Positions 52,701 to 63,749 of a stretch of DNA of 64,000 nucleotides are shown here, in pieces. Position 1 is the stretch's first letter, and each line of letters begins with the position of its first letter. A program made the position numbers and the translations under genes. The DNA comes from Proteromonas lacertae. Taxonomy: Eukaryota. The notes beneath the pieces were generated by a model. It did not search any database, had not been told where the DNA came from, and worked only from the letters and a program-made list of their open reading frames with translations. The stretch lies in the NCBI GenBank assembly GCA_002245135.1, contig NGBS01000295.1, positions 124,001-188,000 of the forward strand. The letters are read 5' to 3'.

Positions 52701-55151
52701 TAAATCATAAGATTGGAAGTAAAAATATGGTAATTCCTTTAAAGCATTACTATATTCACCATCCCATGATAAATCACCTTTTGGATCAGCTTTTAGTTTA
52801 TAATAACTCGCTAAATTACCACAAATATGAATTCTCATTTTACTACCTCTTAAATATCTATTCTTAACAGCAACAGCTAATTGTCCATGAAAGAATCCTA
52901 AAGTTCCTTCACCATCTTCACCTTGTGGTCTTAAATACAATTCCAATGATCTAAACAATCGAGCCCAAATGGCTTGAGGTAAAACATCTTTACCAGGTGG
53001 TGCTAATAGTTCTAATAATTCAGCTTCTTTCATTCCATGTCTACTACACTCAATATAACTTAGTGCATATTTTACTAATGTGCTACCTAAATATAAGGTT
53101 GGATCTGTATCACCTTCTATTTCATCCAAATTAATAAAGTTATTGTTAGTGTTATTACCACTATCAGAGGTGAAATCTTTAGCCCATGCTTCCATATCTC
53201 TTTCTACACGATCTAATACATCTGCAAATAGTTTAGGTATTGTAGAAGGCATTGCATTAATTTTATTATCAATTTCTATACCATCCATTCCATATAAACC
53301 GCAGAATCTCAATTCTTCACATGCTATAAGTAAATATAATGGTTTTGAACTATCTCTTTTATTCATTAATATTTCCATTTGACTGGGTGTTAGTTTCTTT
53401 CGATAAGTACTTAAATGTGCTCTAACGATTTCTTCTCTTTCCTCTAAACTCAATGCACTGACTATTAATTCAGGAGGATGTCTTTCTCTTGCTCTCAATG
53501 ACTTTAATACTATAATACCAGAACCTTCTTCTGTAGTGGATATAATACATCTTATATTTGGTGGAAAAACAACTGGTAACCAATCCATACCATGTGCGCC
53601 AAACGTAGAATCAAATTGATTAACACCATCCATAACGATTAACATCTTTTGATCAGAATCAACTAATACCTTTGAAAGACTTTGCAATGCTGCAAAGAAT
53701 GCATTTTTGATTGATACATAATCTCTAGCTTCAGGAATACATTCTAATTTATATTTATTAGCTATTTCTTCAATAAATCTTGATAATGTAAACCTTATAT
53801 CAGTTGATTTTGGACTTGCACCAACTACATGTGGTAATACAAACGTATTAGGATGAGAGATTAAATATCTCTGTGCAAATGCAGTAACTACTGAAGATTT
53901 ACCACTACCTGGATCACCTACTACTACTAATGGAAGAATACCACCTTCACTATTCAGTCTTCCCTTCTTTAATGATCCTTCAGCATGTAATTCTAGATTC
54001 TCTAATAGTTTTTGCCTTCCTATGAAGTTATTGTATCTATATTCTATAAAATGAGTATGGTATGATCTTTCTTCGTCTAAAGGAGTAACGATTTTGTTTT
54101 GCTTAGGGAATTCAAATGCAATTGCTTCATATAAATCATCTAATAACATTTTACTAAACTCTTCTAATTGTTTCACATGTGGTTTTCCTTCTTCATCTTT
54201 ACCACCATATACACAATTATATTCTCTTACTTGACAATAAGGCTATATATATATATATATATAATAAAATAATAATACATGATTCTTTATTTCACTAATC
54301 AATTTATCTTTCTTAGCAGCAGCTTCTGAACCTGGAAAACAATCTACAAATATATTTCTCTCATCTGGATCAGTGATTTGAGATAAAAAACTTGGATTTC
54401 TTAAATAACAGTAAGCATGAGTAGGATGAAAAGGACATCGTAAAAATCCATAATATACTTCCATTGCTGTGATTGAATTACCTGGTTCAAAGTCTTTAAC
54501 CCACTCATATTGAGGTGCATTGGATACTCGGTAATTTGGTGGAATCCAACCGTAACGATTACCTGATAACATTACAAAAAATGGCCTTGATCGATCTATC
54601 TCTATTAGACAGTGCTCCAAGGCTCCAAGACCTTCATCAGAAGTATCTTCTTTTGTCAGTCCCCAACGGAGATCTATTGGTACTACTCGAATATTTCTGT
54701 CTTTTAATCTTTGGTTTAACTCAGGAAAAACTGCACGAGTTATTATATCTCTTTCACCATGCATATCGTTAAATGTACTTGATATAAATACAGAGCATGT
54801 TCTAATAGCACCTTCACGAAGATTTCCCCACCAAAGTCCTCTCAAACTATCCCATTCTTCTCTCTAGAAAATAGATATTACAGATATTGAATAATTAAAT
54901 ACTTGCATTTGTAATCTCTCTCTTTCTTCCCTATCTCTTTCCAATTTTTCATTCCTTGCTTTATTATTTTTCTTCTTTCCTTTTTTCTGTAATGCTTTTT
55001 TCTAAACAATAAAAACAAATCAGATACATCAAACATATTCTTTTTATCTATTTAAATATAATTATATAAAAATATATACTTATATCCACTAATATTAGGC
55101 TTTTTATGAGCTGAATCCCTAATGCAATAAAGATAAAGAAAATATATACAT
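49785..55151 (-). CDS. DUF4062 (TIR-like)-NACHT-WD40 protein (TEP1/NWD-like STAND NTPase, no TROVE domain)
   Basis: VFISSTFNDMHGERD..IDLRWG..CLIEID..GNRYGWIP..SITAME (DUF4062); Walker A VVGDPGSGKS; Walker B LIVMDGVNQF; KPLYL; more than 10 WD40 repeats (GHSDEITSL..SASKDNSIIVWD). The 5' exons are tentative. Confidence 0.9.
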
Positions 55152-55225
55152 TAATAAACTCTACAAACAGGTTGCTATGAAAGATTAGTCTAAATCAAAA
55201 AAATATCAAAAAAAGAAAGATGAAA

Positions 55226-55244
55226 CGAATGAGCTTGGCTTGGC
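55226..55244. promoter_or_regulatory. CGAATGAGCTTGGCTTGGC element between the NACHT gene and the WWE gene
   Basis: Shares a 15-mer with 38139-38153 and the GCTTGGCTTG core with 25049-25058. Confidence 0.55.
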
Positions 55245-55523
55245 TTTTATATTTCTAAAACTCACCATTGAGATAAATTATATGATTTTACACTCATAAT
55301 AAGTTTGTATCGTATTACTGCAATATATAGTTTACACACAAATCACAAAAACGATCTAATAGAGGAAGTTATGTCTTGATATGCTTGAATTACTAAATCT
55401 TGGATTGAATAATTGAGTTGTTGTTTAAATATTATCATAGAATTCATAATAGCGGTTATAAAGACATTTAGTGTATCAAACCTGTTTGATTCTTAATTTT
55501 TTTTATTACTCGCTTAGATAATC

Positions 55524-56268
55524 ATGAAGAGTATAATTTAATTTTTATATTTGTAGTATATGAAAGATATATTGCTGCTGAAGGTTACTGGGAACCTTTC
55601 GATGGTGGTATCATTTTTACTTTTACAGTGATATAGAATCATCAAAAAGTATTGAAAGACAAATGAATGGGCCTAGTCGTCATGCTGAATTTGACTATAA
55701 AGGAGAAAAGTATAGAGTGGTGTAAAATCTAATTTATAGATGGATCGTAGAAGGTGGTTATATTGAGATTGATATAATAAACAATAACTACAAACCAGTG
55801 AAATATGATAGAAATACTAACAGATTCTCATATTTCTATCAAGGACGTTGGGTAGAATATGATGCAAGTCATTCTGCTGGAATTAAATCGATTATTTGTA
55901 AACATAGAACCATATAATTTCGAAAATGGAGGAATGTATAAAGAAATTCATTTTAATATTCTAGAGTATATTCTGTGCGATATTCATTAATCTGCAAAAA
56001 GGCTGATAATAGCTTTATCACGTTAGCAAGAGCAACAGCATACTCAAGTGATGCATATAAATGGCAAACTGATGGAAATGGATATGAATTATACTTCCCA
56101 GAAACTTGTTTGAGAATGAGTAATGCTAGAAAAGATAGAATAGCTAATATAGATAATAGAACATTATATAGAAATGTTCATCCGCTTGTTATTGACATGA
56201 ACAATTTAACTCAAAGATGTAAGTCAAGTGGACATACAAGAAGAATAGAATTACATGCAACTTGTTAA
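55524..56268 (+). CDS. Tandem WWE-domain protein (about three WWE units, no catalytic domain seen)
   Basis: Spliced MKIYERYIAAEGYWEPFDGESSKSIERQ..KGEKYRV; FSYFYQGRWVEYDASHSAGI; YKWQTDGNGYELY..VIDMNNLTQRCKSSGHTRRIE. These match the WWE consensus W..Y....S..IE / Y.ID...M.Q....G..R.I. Confidence 0.7.
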
Positions 56269-56358
56269 TTAATTTCATTTGATATTATAATCATAATTAT
56301 TTTTATTTTTATACACACACAATTTAACAAAAAGAATAAAGGAAATCTAAAATTAAAC

Positions 56359-57590
56359 CTAATTTAGCTTACTATTCATACCACATTCTTTAATATGCTT
56401 AATAAGCGGTCTTACTAAAGGAAAAGGTGAATGACATATAGGACATTCAAAATTTGGAGGATTACACTTTAAATACTTCATAATTGTTATTCTTAAAAAA
56501 TGTCTTTGTATGCCATGTAACAAAATCATTCTAATAAATAAATAATTATAATAAAATATACTCTACATAATCATCATTATATGTATTTGTACATACTTTT
56601 CTTAAATAATTAAACGATCTATTAATATATCCTAAACAAGTATAACCAACTGGTCGATGAACAATAATCCACTCAGTAAACGAATTAAAATCGATTCTAT
56701 CACTACTAACAGGTGTTAGTAGTTGTAAATCTAATAATAATTTATCCTTCGATGTTGGTATTTTTAGTACGTAAATGATCAAAGTTAAAAACTGTTTGGT
56801 TGTTAAAAATCCATCATGATTTAAATCAGCAATATCAAATAACACACTTAATGTATTTCTAAAAGATGGAGAAGATGCCTATATATATATATATATATAT
56901 ATAATTAATAATAATAATAATAATTAATACATGTAACGACAAATTATTCAATAAAGGATCAATTTTTTCTTCAAATCTCTTTATGAAAAATGAACGGTTT
57001 TTGTATAATACTGTTTCAAATACGTTAATATTAGCAGTGTCAAGTGATACATCATGCTAGTAATACACTCTAAATTTTGCTATTTCAAATATAAATGTTG
57101 AATTATATACTAACCTTGTTGTTTCTTCTTTACATAGGCGTTTCATTAATAATTTCCTCCTATAATGAGCTTGTAAAGACATTATTGCTTTGATATTCAT
57201 TGTATGTCTATTTGATGGAGTAGATTCTTCAGCAATTCTATTATAGTCGACTAATGTAGGAACTGCTATTCTACACATCTTTCTTTCTCCTTCGACTTGT
57301 GGAGACATGGTTGGAGTGATTAATGTCAAATCTTTCCATATAGATGTATATTTTGTTGATGTAGCTGAACTAGTAGAACTTTTTCTTGACTTATTAGTTT
57401 TAGAATAACTATCTGGTGTACTGATATTAGCTAAACATGCAGGTAAAGAGGACCTTCGTGATTCAAGATTCTATGCATATATTCGTTCCAATATACAATT
57501 TTGGGAGTATATAAATCAGGATCATTCAAACTATGACGGTATGGTCTTGAACGAACAACCTAGAACTAAATCAATGATTCATAAATACGA
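56359..57590 (-). CDS. IQ + EF-hand + C2HC zinc-finger protein (paralog B)
   Basis: AIMSLQAHYRRKL, FDIADLNHDGFLTTKQF, SSDRIDFNSFTEW, NPPNFECPICHSPFPLVRPLIKHIKEC. Start not resolved. Confidence 0.65.
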
Positions 57591-57831
57591 GAGTTATTGG
57601 ATTACTTGATAAAGCTAGTTATTATAAATGAGAGTAATATACCAGGAAAGATTTTTGACATACAACAAGGATAAATATAAAATGAATAACCGAAAAACAC
57701 CAAAAAAAAAATTCAAAATAAAAATAACAGAACATATCTGCTTTTATACAATTTTAAAAAGTAGAATGAATTATACTACTTCCTCTATTGTTATTACAAA
57801 AATAAAAAAAATAGAAAATAAAGAAAGATCT

Positions 57832-58397
57832 TTAAAATTTAATGGCAAATTTATTAACAGGCTTGGGTTTATCTGTAGCAGGTACAGTTGCAGGAGCTGA
57901 ACCCAGATTTATTGCAAATTTCGGTTTTGGTTTTTCTTCAATTTTTTCAACTTGTTTAACAGAATCAGCTATATTTGTAATATTAAATATATGTATACGA
58001 GAAGTCTTACCTCCAGTTCTTATAGCATCTTTCATTCTATCTCCTAATGCTGTATATAAATCTTCTGCTGTGACATAACCTGGTATATTTTCATTCCCGT
58101 TCTTTAAAATTGTTGCATTTATATTATCACCATCTTGTATACCTGTTTCACTCAAAGGTGTCTTGTCACCGTCAGCTAATTCTTTATTCAATCCAAATGT
58201 TAACTTTAATGGACTTTTAGGTGATAAACCTAATTTTGAAAACACAAGATTACGTAACTATAACATAAGATGAATAAATTAATCTCAAATACATCTTGAA
58301 CTGTATAATTTGAATAGGCTATAACTAAAAAATCTCTAGTGTCATCATTAACTGTAGGAAATGTAGCTAATAGATTCAAAAAATATTTTTCTGGCAT
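57832..58397 (-). CDS. Small protein with a ubiquitin-like domain
   Basis: YTVQD|LRNLV..LKLTFG..KELADGDKTPLSETGIQDGDNINATI is a beta-grasp/Ubl pattern. One intron. Confidence 0.6.
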
Positions 58398-58449
58398 ATG
58401 TAGGCAGTTAACAAAAAAAGAAAGAATCAACTCAAGCCTGATAGTTTGA

Positions 58450-60950
58450 ATGCCTAAAAGATTAATCGATTTTTTCGTCGTAGTTGGGGTAGATAGAACT
58501 AGTATATATTTTAAATAAAATGCATAGATCATTCTATGACACCTGCTACTGCAGAAGCTAAAGTAGTTGACAGATATCCTGAAACTGATTGGCCTGACTC
58601 TGAATTTCCTACTGAAATATCTATGGTATCGTGACTAAAATGTTATGACATAGTTTTGTGTTCCTTTAGGTGTTGATGTTTCTGATTATTCTGTAGAAGA
58701 GAGAAAACCACATATATTTTCTTTTACTATAACTGGATCGTATATATATTGTAATTATATATTTAATGAATAGTAATGGTTTAAGAAGATATGCTTATGC
58801 TTTACAATATTATGAATTATTCCAAGGAAAACCAGATGTAGTAACTATTAATGAAGATAGATCACATTCAAATCATGTCAAACTATATGCACCAATAACT
58901 CTGTGTATTATATGTGATAATCCTTTCTTTGTATTATATGAAAAGATATTAAGAGAAATATATAACTATTATATACATGATAGTGTTAATTATAAAGAGA
59001 ATGAGAGCAATTGCTATCAATTTGATGTTGTCAATAAAAATAGTAATAAAAATATAATAGATAGAAATAATAATAAAAAAATACCAATAGAAATATTATT
59101 ATCTAATTTATTCAATAATACAATGAATATACACAATAGTGTTAATTTATCTGTATATATATATTATATTATTATTAATTATAAATAGATTAATTTTAAT
59201 TCAAAACAATTTTCTCAAATAATCCCATCAACGAAAGATACATTACCATTTGTATCGGATGAATCAGTTCTGACATTATTCAACTGTTTAACCTTAGAAA
59301 ATATCATATTATTATATAAATGTGTATTACTGGAACAACACATTGTATTACACAGTAAAAAGGTAGAAAAATTAACAATGTGTTCAGAAGCCCTATTATC
59401 ATTATTATTTCCATTTAAATGGGTCAATCCTTATATATCATTACTACCTATCTCAGTAATAGAATGTTTAGAAACACCAACACCTATATTGGTAGGAATG
59501 CATAGTTTTTTCTTAGAAACTGAATTTGGTAATGAAGCTGCACATAATGGTGTGTTAGTATATTTAGATACAAATCAAATATACATTCCTGAGAAGATTA
59601 AACCGCATATTTATTCATTACCTTTATCAACAGAAACACAGCTGTTTAATGATATTAAATCGTTGACAATTACATCAAAATGTATATATATATATAATAT
59701 AAATTTGTTATTACATTTTTAATAGATAAAGTAATTGATTCATCAGAAGATAATAATTATTGTTTATATGATATATCATTTGGACCAGGCCAAATTGGTA
59801 TAAGATTTCAAACAGATTATTGTATGCTATGTGAAGATTCATATCCTGAGAATTGTTTAAAAGTGAAAATATTTGATAAATTGCCAAATGGAGAAATTAG
59901 TCCTGCTGAGAAGAATGGTCATGTAGTAATTGGCAGTCATTTAGTTGGTATAAATGGTGAATCAGTGAGAGGATGGACTTATGAGAAATTAGAGCATGAT
60001 TTAAAGACACTAGCAAGGCCAATTACATTGAGATTTCAAGTATTTATATATATATATGTATATATATATATATAGAATGGAATAAAACCAATTCAAATTA
60101 AAAGTGTTGTATCAAATTTGATAAAAACTACTTCATTGAATGATAATCCATCAAGACATACATCGTATAATATTAGTATATTATATTGTATAGATTGACA
60201 CCTCAGAGTAAGTTTTATGATGATTCATTTATAGATAAAGTAAGAGTTGCATTTTTACAATGTAATATCAACCTTTTAGGTGATTATAAAGACTATATTG
60301 TTAGAGAATCATCTGATTCAAAATATCCATTTGATAAAGAGTTTTACCTTACTTCATTGACTTATTTGAATGAAAATGATAAGAAATTTATTGAAGCTTT
60401 TGTTCAGACTCAATCTTTTTTTAATTTTATACAAGAACATGAAATAGATTCATGTAATGATGATTCATTCAATTATTTTCAGAGAGTATATGAGAATCTT
60501 AAAACAAAAGGATTGTTAATTAATTATCCTAGATGTTTTCTATCTGATCAAATCTTCTCCATGATTAATAGATCAAATTGGAAAACGGATAATGTTACAA
60601 TTCCTGATTCATTTATAGATAACATAGAAAAAGAATCTATTGTAGAGAATGATGGATTATTTCCAAGATTTAAATACACAAAATTCATTCCATTAAAACC
60701 ACCAGAAATAGAAAGAGAATCTTCACTTAAGAACAGTGTACAAGTAAAGAATAATGAAATTAATATAATATCAACATACTCTAAACCTAATCGTAGAAAG
60801 AGTGTTAAATCAATCAGATTCTTTCAAGAGAATTTGAGTTTTAAAGATTCAAGTGATTTTTGCAATATAAATGGCACAGTTCCGAAATTGACTAAAATAA
60901 AATTACCACCAACAGTTGAATCACTTCCTACATCTCCTGATGATGTATAA
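58450..60950 (+). CDS. DENN-domain Rab GEF with a PDZ domain inserted before dDENN
   Basis: uDENN RLIDFFVVVG..VVDRYPETDW; DENN CVLLEQHIVL..LLSLLFPFKWVNPYISLLP..LETPTPILVGMH; PDZ FGPGQIGI..SPAEKNG..LVGING..RPITLRF; dDENN FIEAFVQTQSFFNFIQE. Confidence 0.9.
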
Positions 60951-61075
60951 ATTAAATTAATTAAATTGTTTGTACTTTTGTCATTCTATATCAGTTGTTA
61001 TATTTTAAATAAAGTACAACAAAAAGAATTGAGATATATAATATGTAATATTACTATAATTTAAGTATATATAAT

Positions 61076-61757
61076 TTATGAGAATTCATATCTAGCAGAG
61101 GCTGGTCGCTCAGTTGGATATTCACCAGTTCTACCCATTATTGCATCGAGTCTTGTCTGTGGATCTACTCTCATCGATTCTACTTCCATACATTGTCTTT
61201 CTAATGTCTGTAATTGTTGTTGGTGGAATACTGTTGAATTAGGAGAAAATCTTTTGCCTGGACTTGCTGATTGTGCTCTCTTTGGACTTGGATATAATAA
61301 TTTACTTACATCAGCTTCTGGCAATGAAGGATTTAATTTGGTTGATGCTTTATGTTGTGTTTTAATAGGTGATATAGCAACGGTTGGCTTTTTTGCCTCT
61401 GTAACTGTAGAAGGGAATCTAGAAGCAGAATGACCAAAAGTTATTTCATCAAAATCTGGTTCATTATATTTTAGAGAATTGCCCATCCATATTCTACAAT
61501 AATATAAATTTATTATAATACGGTCCATGATATAACGGATAACGAGGATTGTGATGCATTCTATCCCATTTTCGTTGTAACTAATATATAAAAATAAGTA
61601 AAATATACTCCTGCATCATTTGCAGCTGCGTTAACTAACCACACTTCATATCTTCCACGATCATAATCTCGATGTCTAAAAATAGATATTTACAACGATA
61701 CGTGTGTTCTCTGATGTATCTCTCCTTAAACATTAAGGAGTCATCGTTATATGACAT
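61076..61757 (-). CDS. Hypothetical S/P-rich protein
   Basis: ATG at 61757 and short GT-AG introns leading into the 150 aa ORF. No recognisable domain. Confidence 0.5.
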
Positions 61758-62067
61758 ATTATGAAAATAAAAAACGAAAAAACAGTTAAATTCGAGCCTC
61801 TTCCAAGCCTGATAGATTCTTTTGTTGTTTATAAACACTGTAGGTTATTTTAATTATGAATTATAGTATATTCATTTAATGCTTCGTTTCATTAATAGAA
61901 AATCAAAATATAACCTTATTTCAATCAAAACACTCTAGTTTTTCATATATCTATTTATTTTCCTTATATATTGATTGAAAAATATAATAATTCTTTCATT
62001 GATCATCTAACATAATTGTTATAAATTCACTAATGTCAAACATAGAATCAAGCCTTTTTCATTTTTA

Positions 62068-62681
62068 ATGTATTACGAAGCAAATAACGGTATAATAGCT
62101 CTGTAATATTCATAGAATCCAAGTTTCAACAGTTATTAAAGAAATTATTGTTTAAAAAATGCGGACAAGTGTTTAATATAGCAGCTATCCTCATTCTAGT
62201 GATTTTAAACATTTTTCTAACAGTATGGGGAATAATCAATTCAGATAAACAATATGTATATGTGTAAATCAATTATATTGCCATATAGAAATATTTAACT
62301 CCAATTATACTTGAATATATAATTAATGTTATTTTAACGTTAGTATTGATAATAAGGTTTATTATAAATGGAAGTGTATATTGTTATTTTTATTTAATAG
62401 TCCTTTTTTATGTTTGTATTGAATTATGTTGATATATTTTGTACAGCTGGAACTGTTACTACATTAATAATGTATAATAATCTTTGTTGTAATCTATATT
62501 GGAGTATAGAAGTGAAATTTTTAGATTAATTAACAATGAAGATCAGACAATAGCATTTGGAGTTCAAATATTGTGGCACATCATGAGAGTCATTAGAACA
62601 TTTGTGTTCCTTCATTGGTGGTCTATCACATTTTCAATTATTGAAGAACATCAGTCAGAATATTTAATAAGCATAAAATAA
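62068..62681 (+). CDS. Hypothetical multi-pass membrane protein
   Basis: ATG at 62068 follows the TCAAGCC motif. Several hydrophobic exons are separated by short GT-AG introns. Confidence 0.45.
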
Positions 62682-62735
62682 TAAAAATTAAAAAAAAATT
62701 AATAACATATATAACAATAAAATAAATAAATTAAA

Positions 62736-63749
62736 TTAATTTATACTTGAATTTGAACATTCATTTCTTTTGGATGAATTTTTAACATTAGACATAATAG
62801 AAGTAGCATTTTGATTCATCCATGTTAAGAACTTGGCTTGTTGTATTGGTGACAAGATTTCCATTATCTTGACCATCTGTGAAGTCATAGATTCTAAAAT
62901 TTCTTTCACATTTTTAGCTATTGTGTCCATTGTCGTTAAAGCTTCTGCTAAATTACGTCTCTGTTGCTTAACAGCATCTCTAAACCCTATAATCTTGACT
63001 TGCTGCTCTTTTGTCAAATTGATAGTATTAACTAAAATATCCCATATACTTCCCCCGTGGGTAGCATTGTTTAAAGTTACATCATAAAACTCATCATCTT
63101 GTTGCAAAGACCATATTGTCATTTTAGTTAATTGAGCTGGTAATAATACACGTTTTAATTGATTCAAATGCCAAATAATTTGTTGATTTCTTACTTCACC
63201 GAATTCACTCCAACTCTCGTAGTATGATTTCATTATTGATTGAATTTCTTCAGTAGCAGGTTTATCTGATGATAATAATTCTTCTAATTTTGCTAATTTT
63301 TGTCTTTGTCCATCTTCTCTATTTTCTCTTACATTATTTCTTTCTAGCATAATCTTTAGCTCATTATTTTTCTGCCTTAAACATTGAAGCTCTGCTTCTA
63401 ACTCCAACTGTTTTTCTTTCTTCTTTTCTCTACATTTCCTAGCTATTTCACGATTTCTTTGTAACCTTTGTTTCTTTTTTTCCTCTTCATCATCAGGAGC
63501 GTTTAATTTTCTCTTTATTGATACTTCTGGCGATTCAGGAACTGATTCTGGAGGTGGTTCTCTTGGTTGCAAAGATTCCATCGGCATAACATCCATGCCA
63601 TTCATAACCATCCAAGAAATCATATCTATTTTTAGAATTAAAGAAAAGCTAAACATACCACTCTCCGAATTTGATAATTTAGCTTTTTTCTTTCCTGATA
63701 CGAAGGATAATATGTTATTATATTTTTCATCTGGATTTAATTCATCCAT
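62736..63749 (-). CDS. bZIP transcription factor with a helical C-terminal domain
   Basis: KKKQRLQRNREIARKCREKKKEKQLELEAELQCLRQKNNEL basic region and zipper. One probable in-frame intron near 63627-63656. Confidence 0.9.
   Translation of the reverse strand: MDELNPDEKYNNILSFVSGKKKAKLSNSESGMFSFSLILKIDMISWMVMNGMDVMPMESLQPREPPPESVPESPEVSIKRKLNAPDDEEEKKKQRLQRNREIARKCREKKKEKQLELEAELQCLRQKNNELKIMLERNNVRENREDGQRQKLAKLEELLSSDKPATEEIQSIMKSYYESWSEFGEVRNQQIIWHLNQLKRVLLPAQLTKMTIWSLQQDDEFYDVTLNNATHGGSIWDILVNTINLTKEQQVKIIGFRDAVKQQRRNLAEALTTMDTIAKNVKEILESMTSQMVKIMEILSPIQQAKFLTWMNQNATSIMSNVKNSSKRNECSNSSIN

Noticed and set aside
49785..55151. Calling the gene TEP1
   Set aside because: It lacks the N-terminal TROVE/vWA region and appears to have a SLOG tail. 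It shares only the DUF4062-NACHT-WD40 core.
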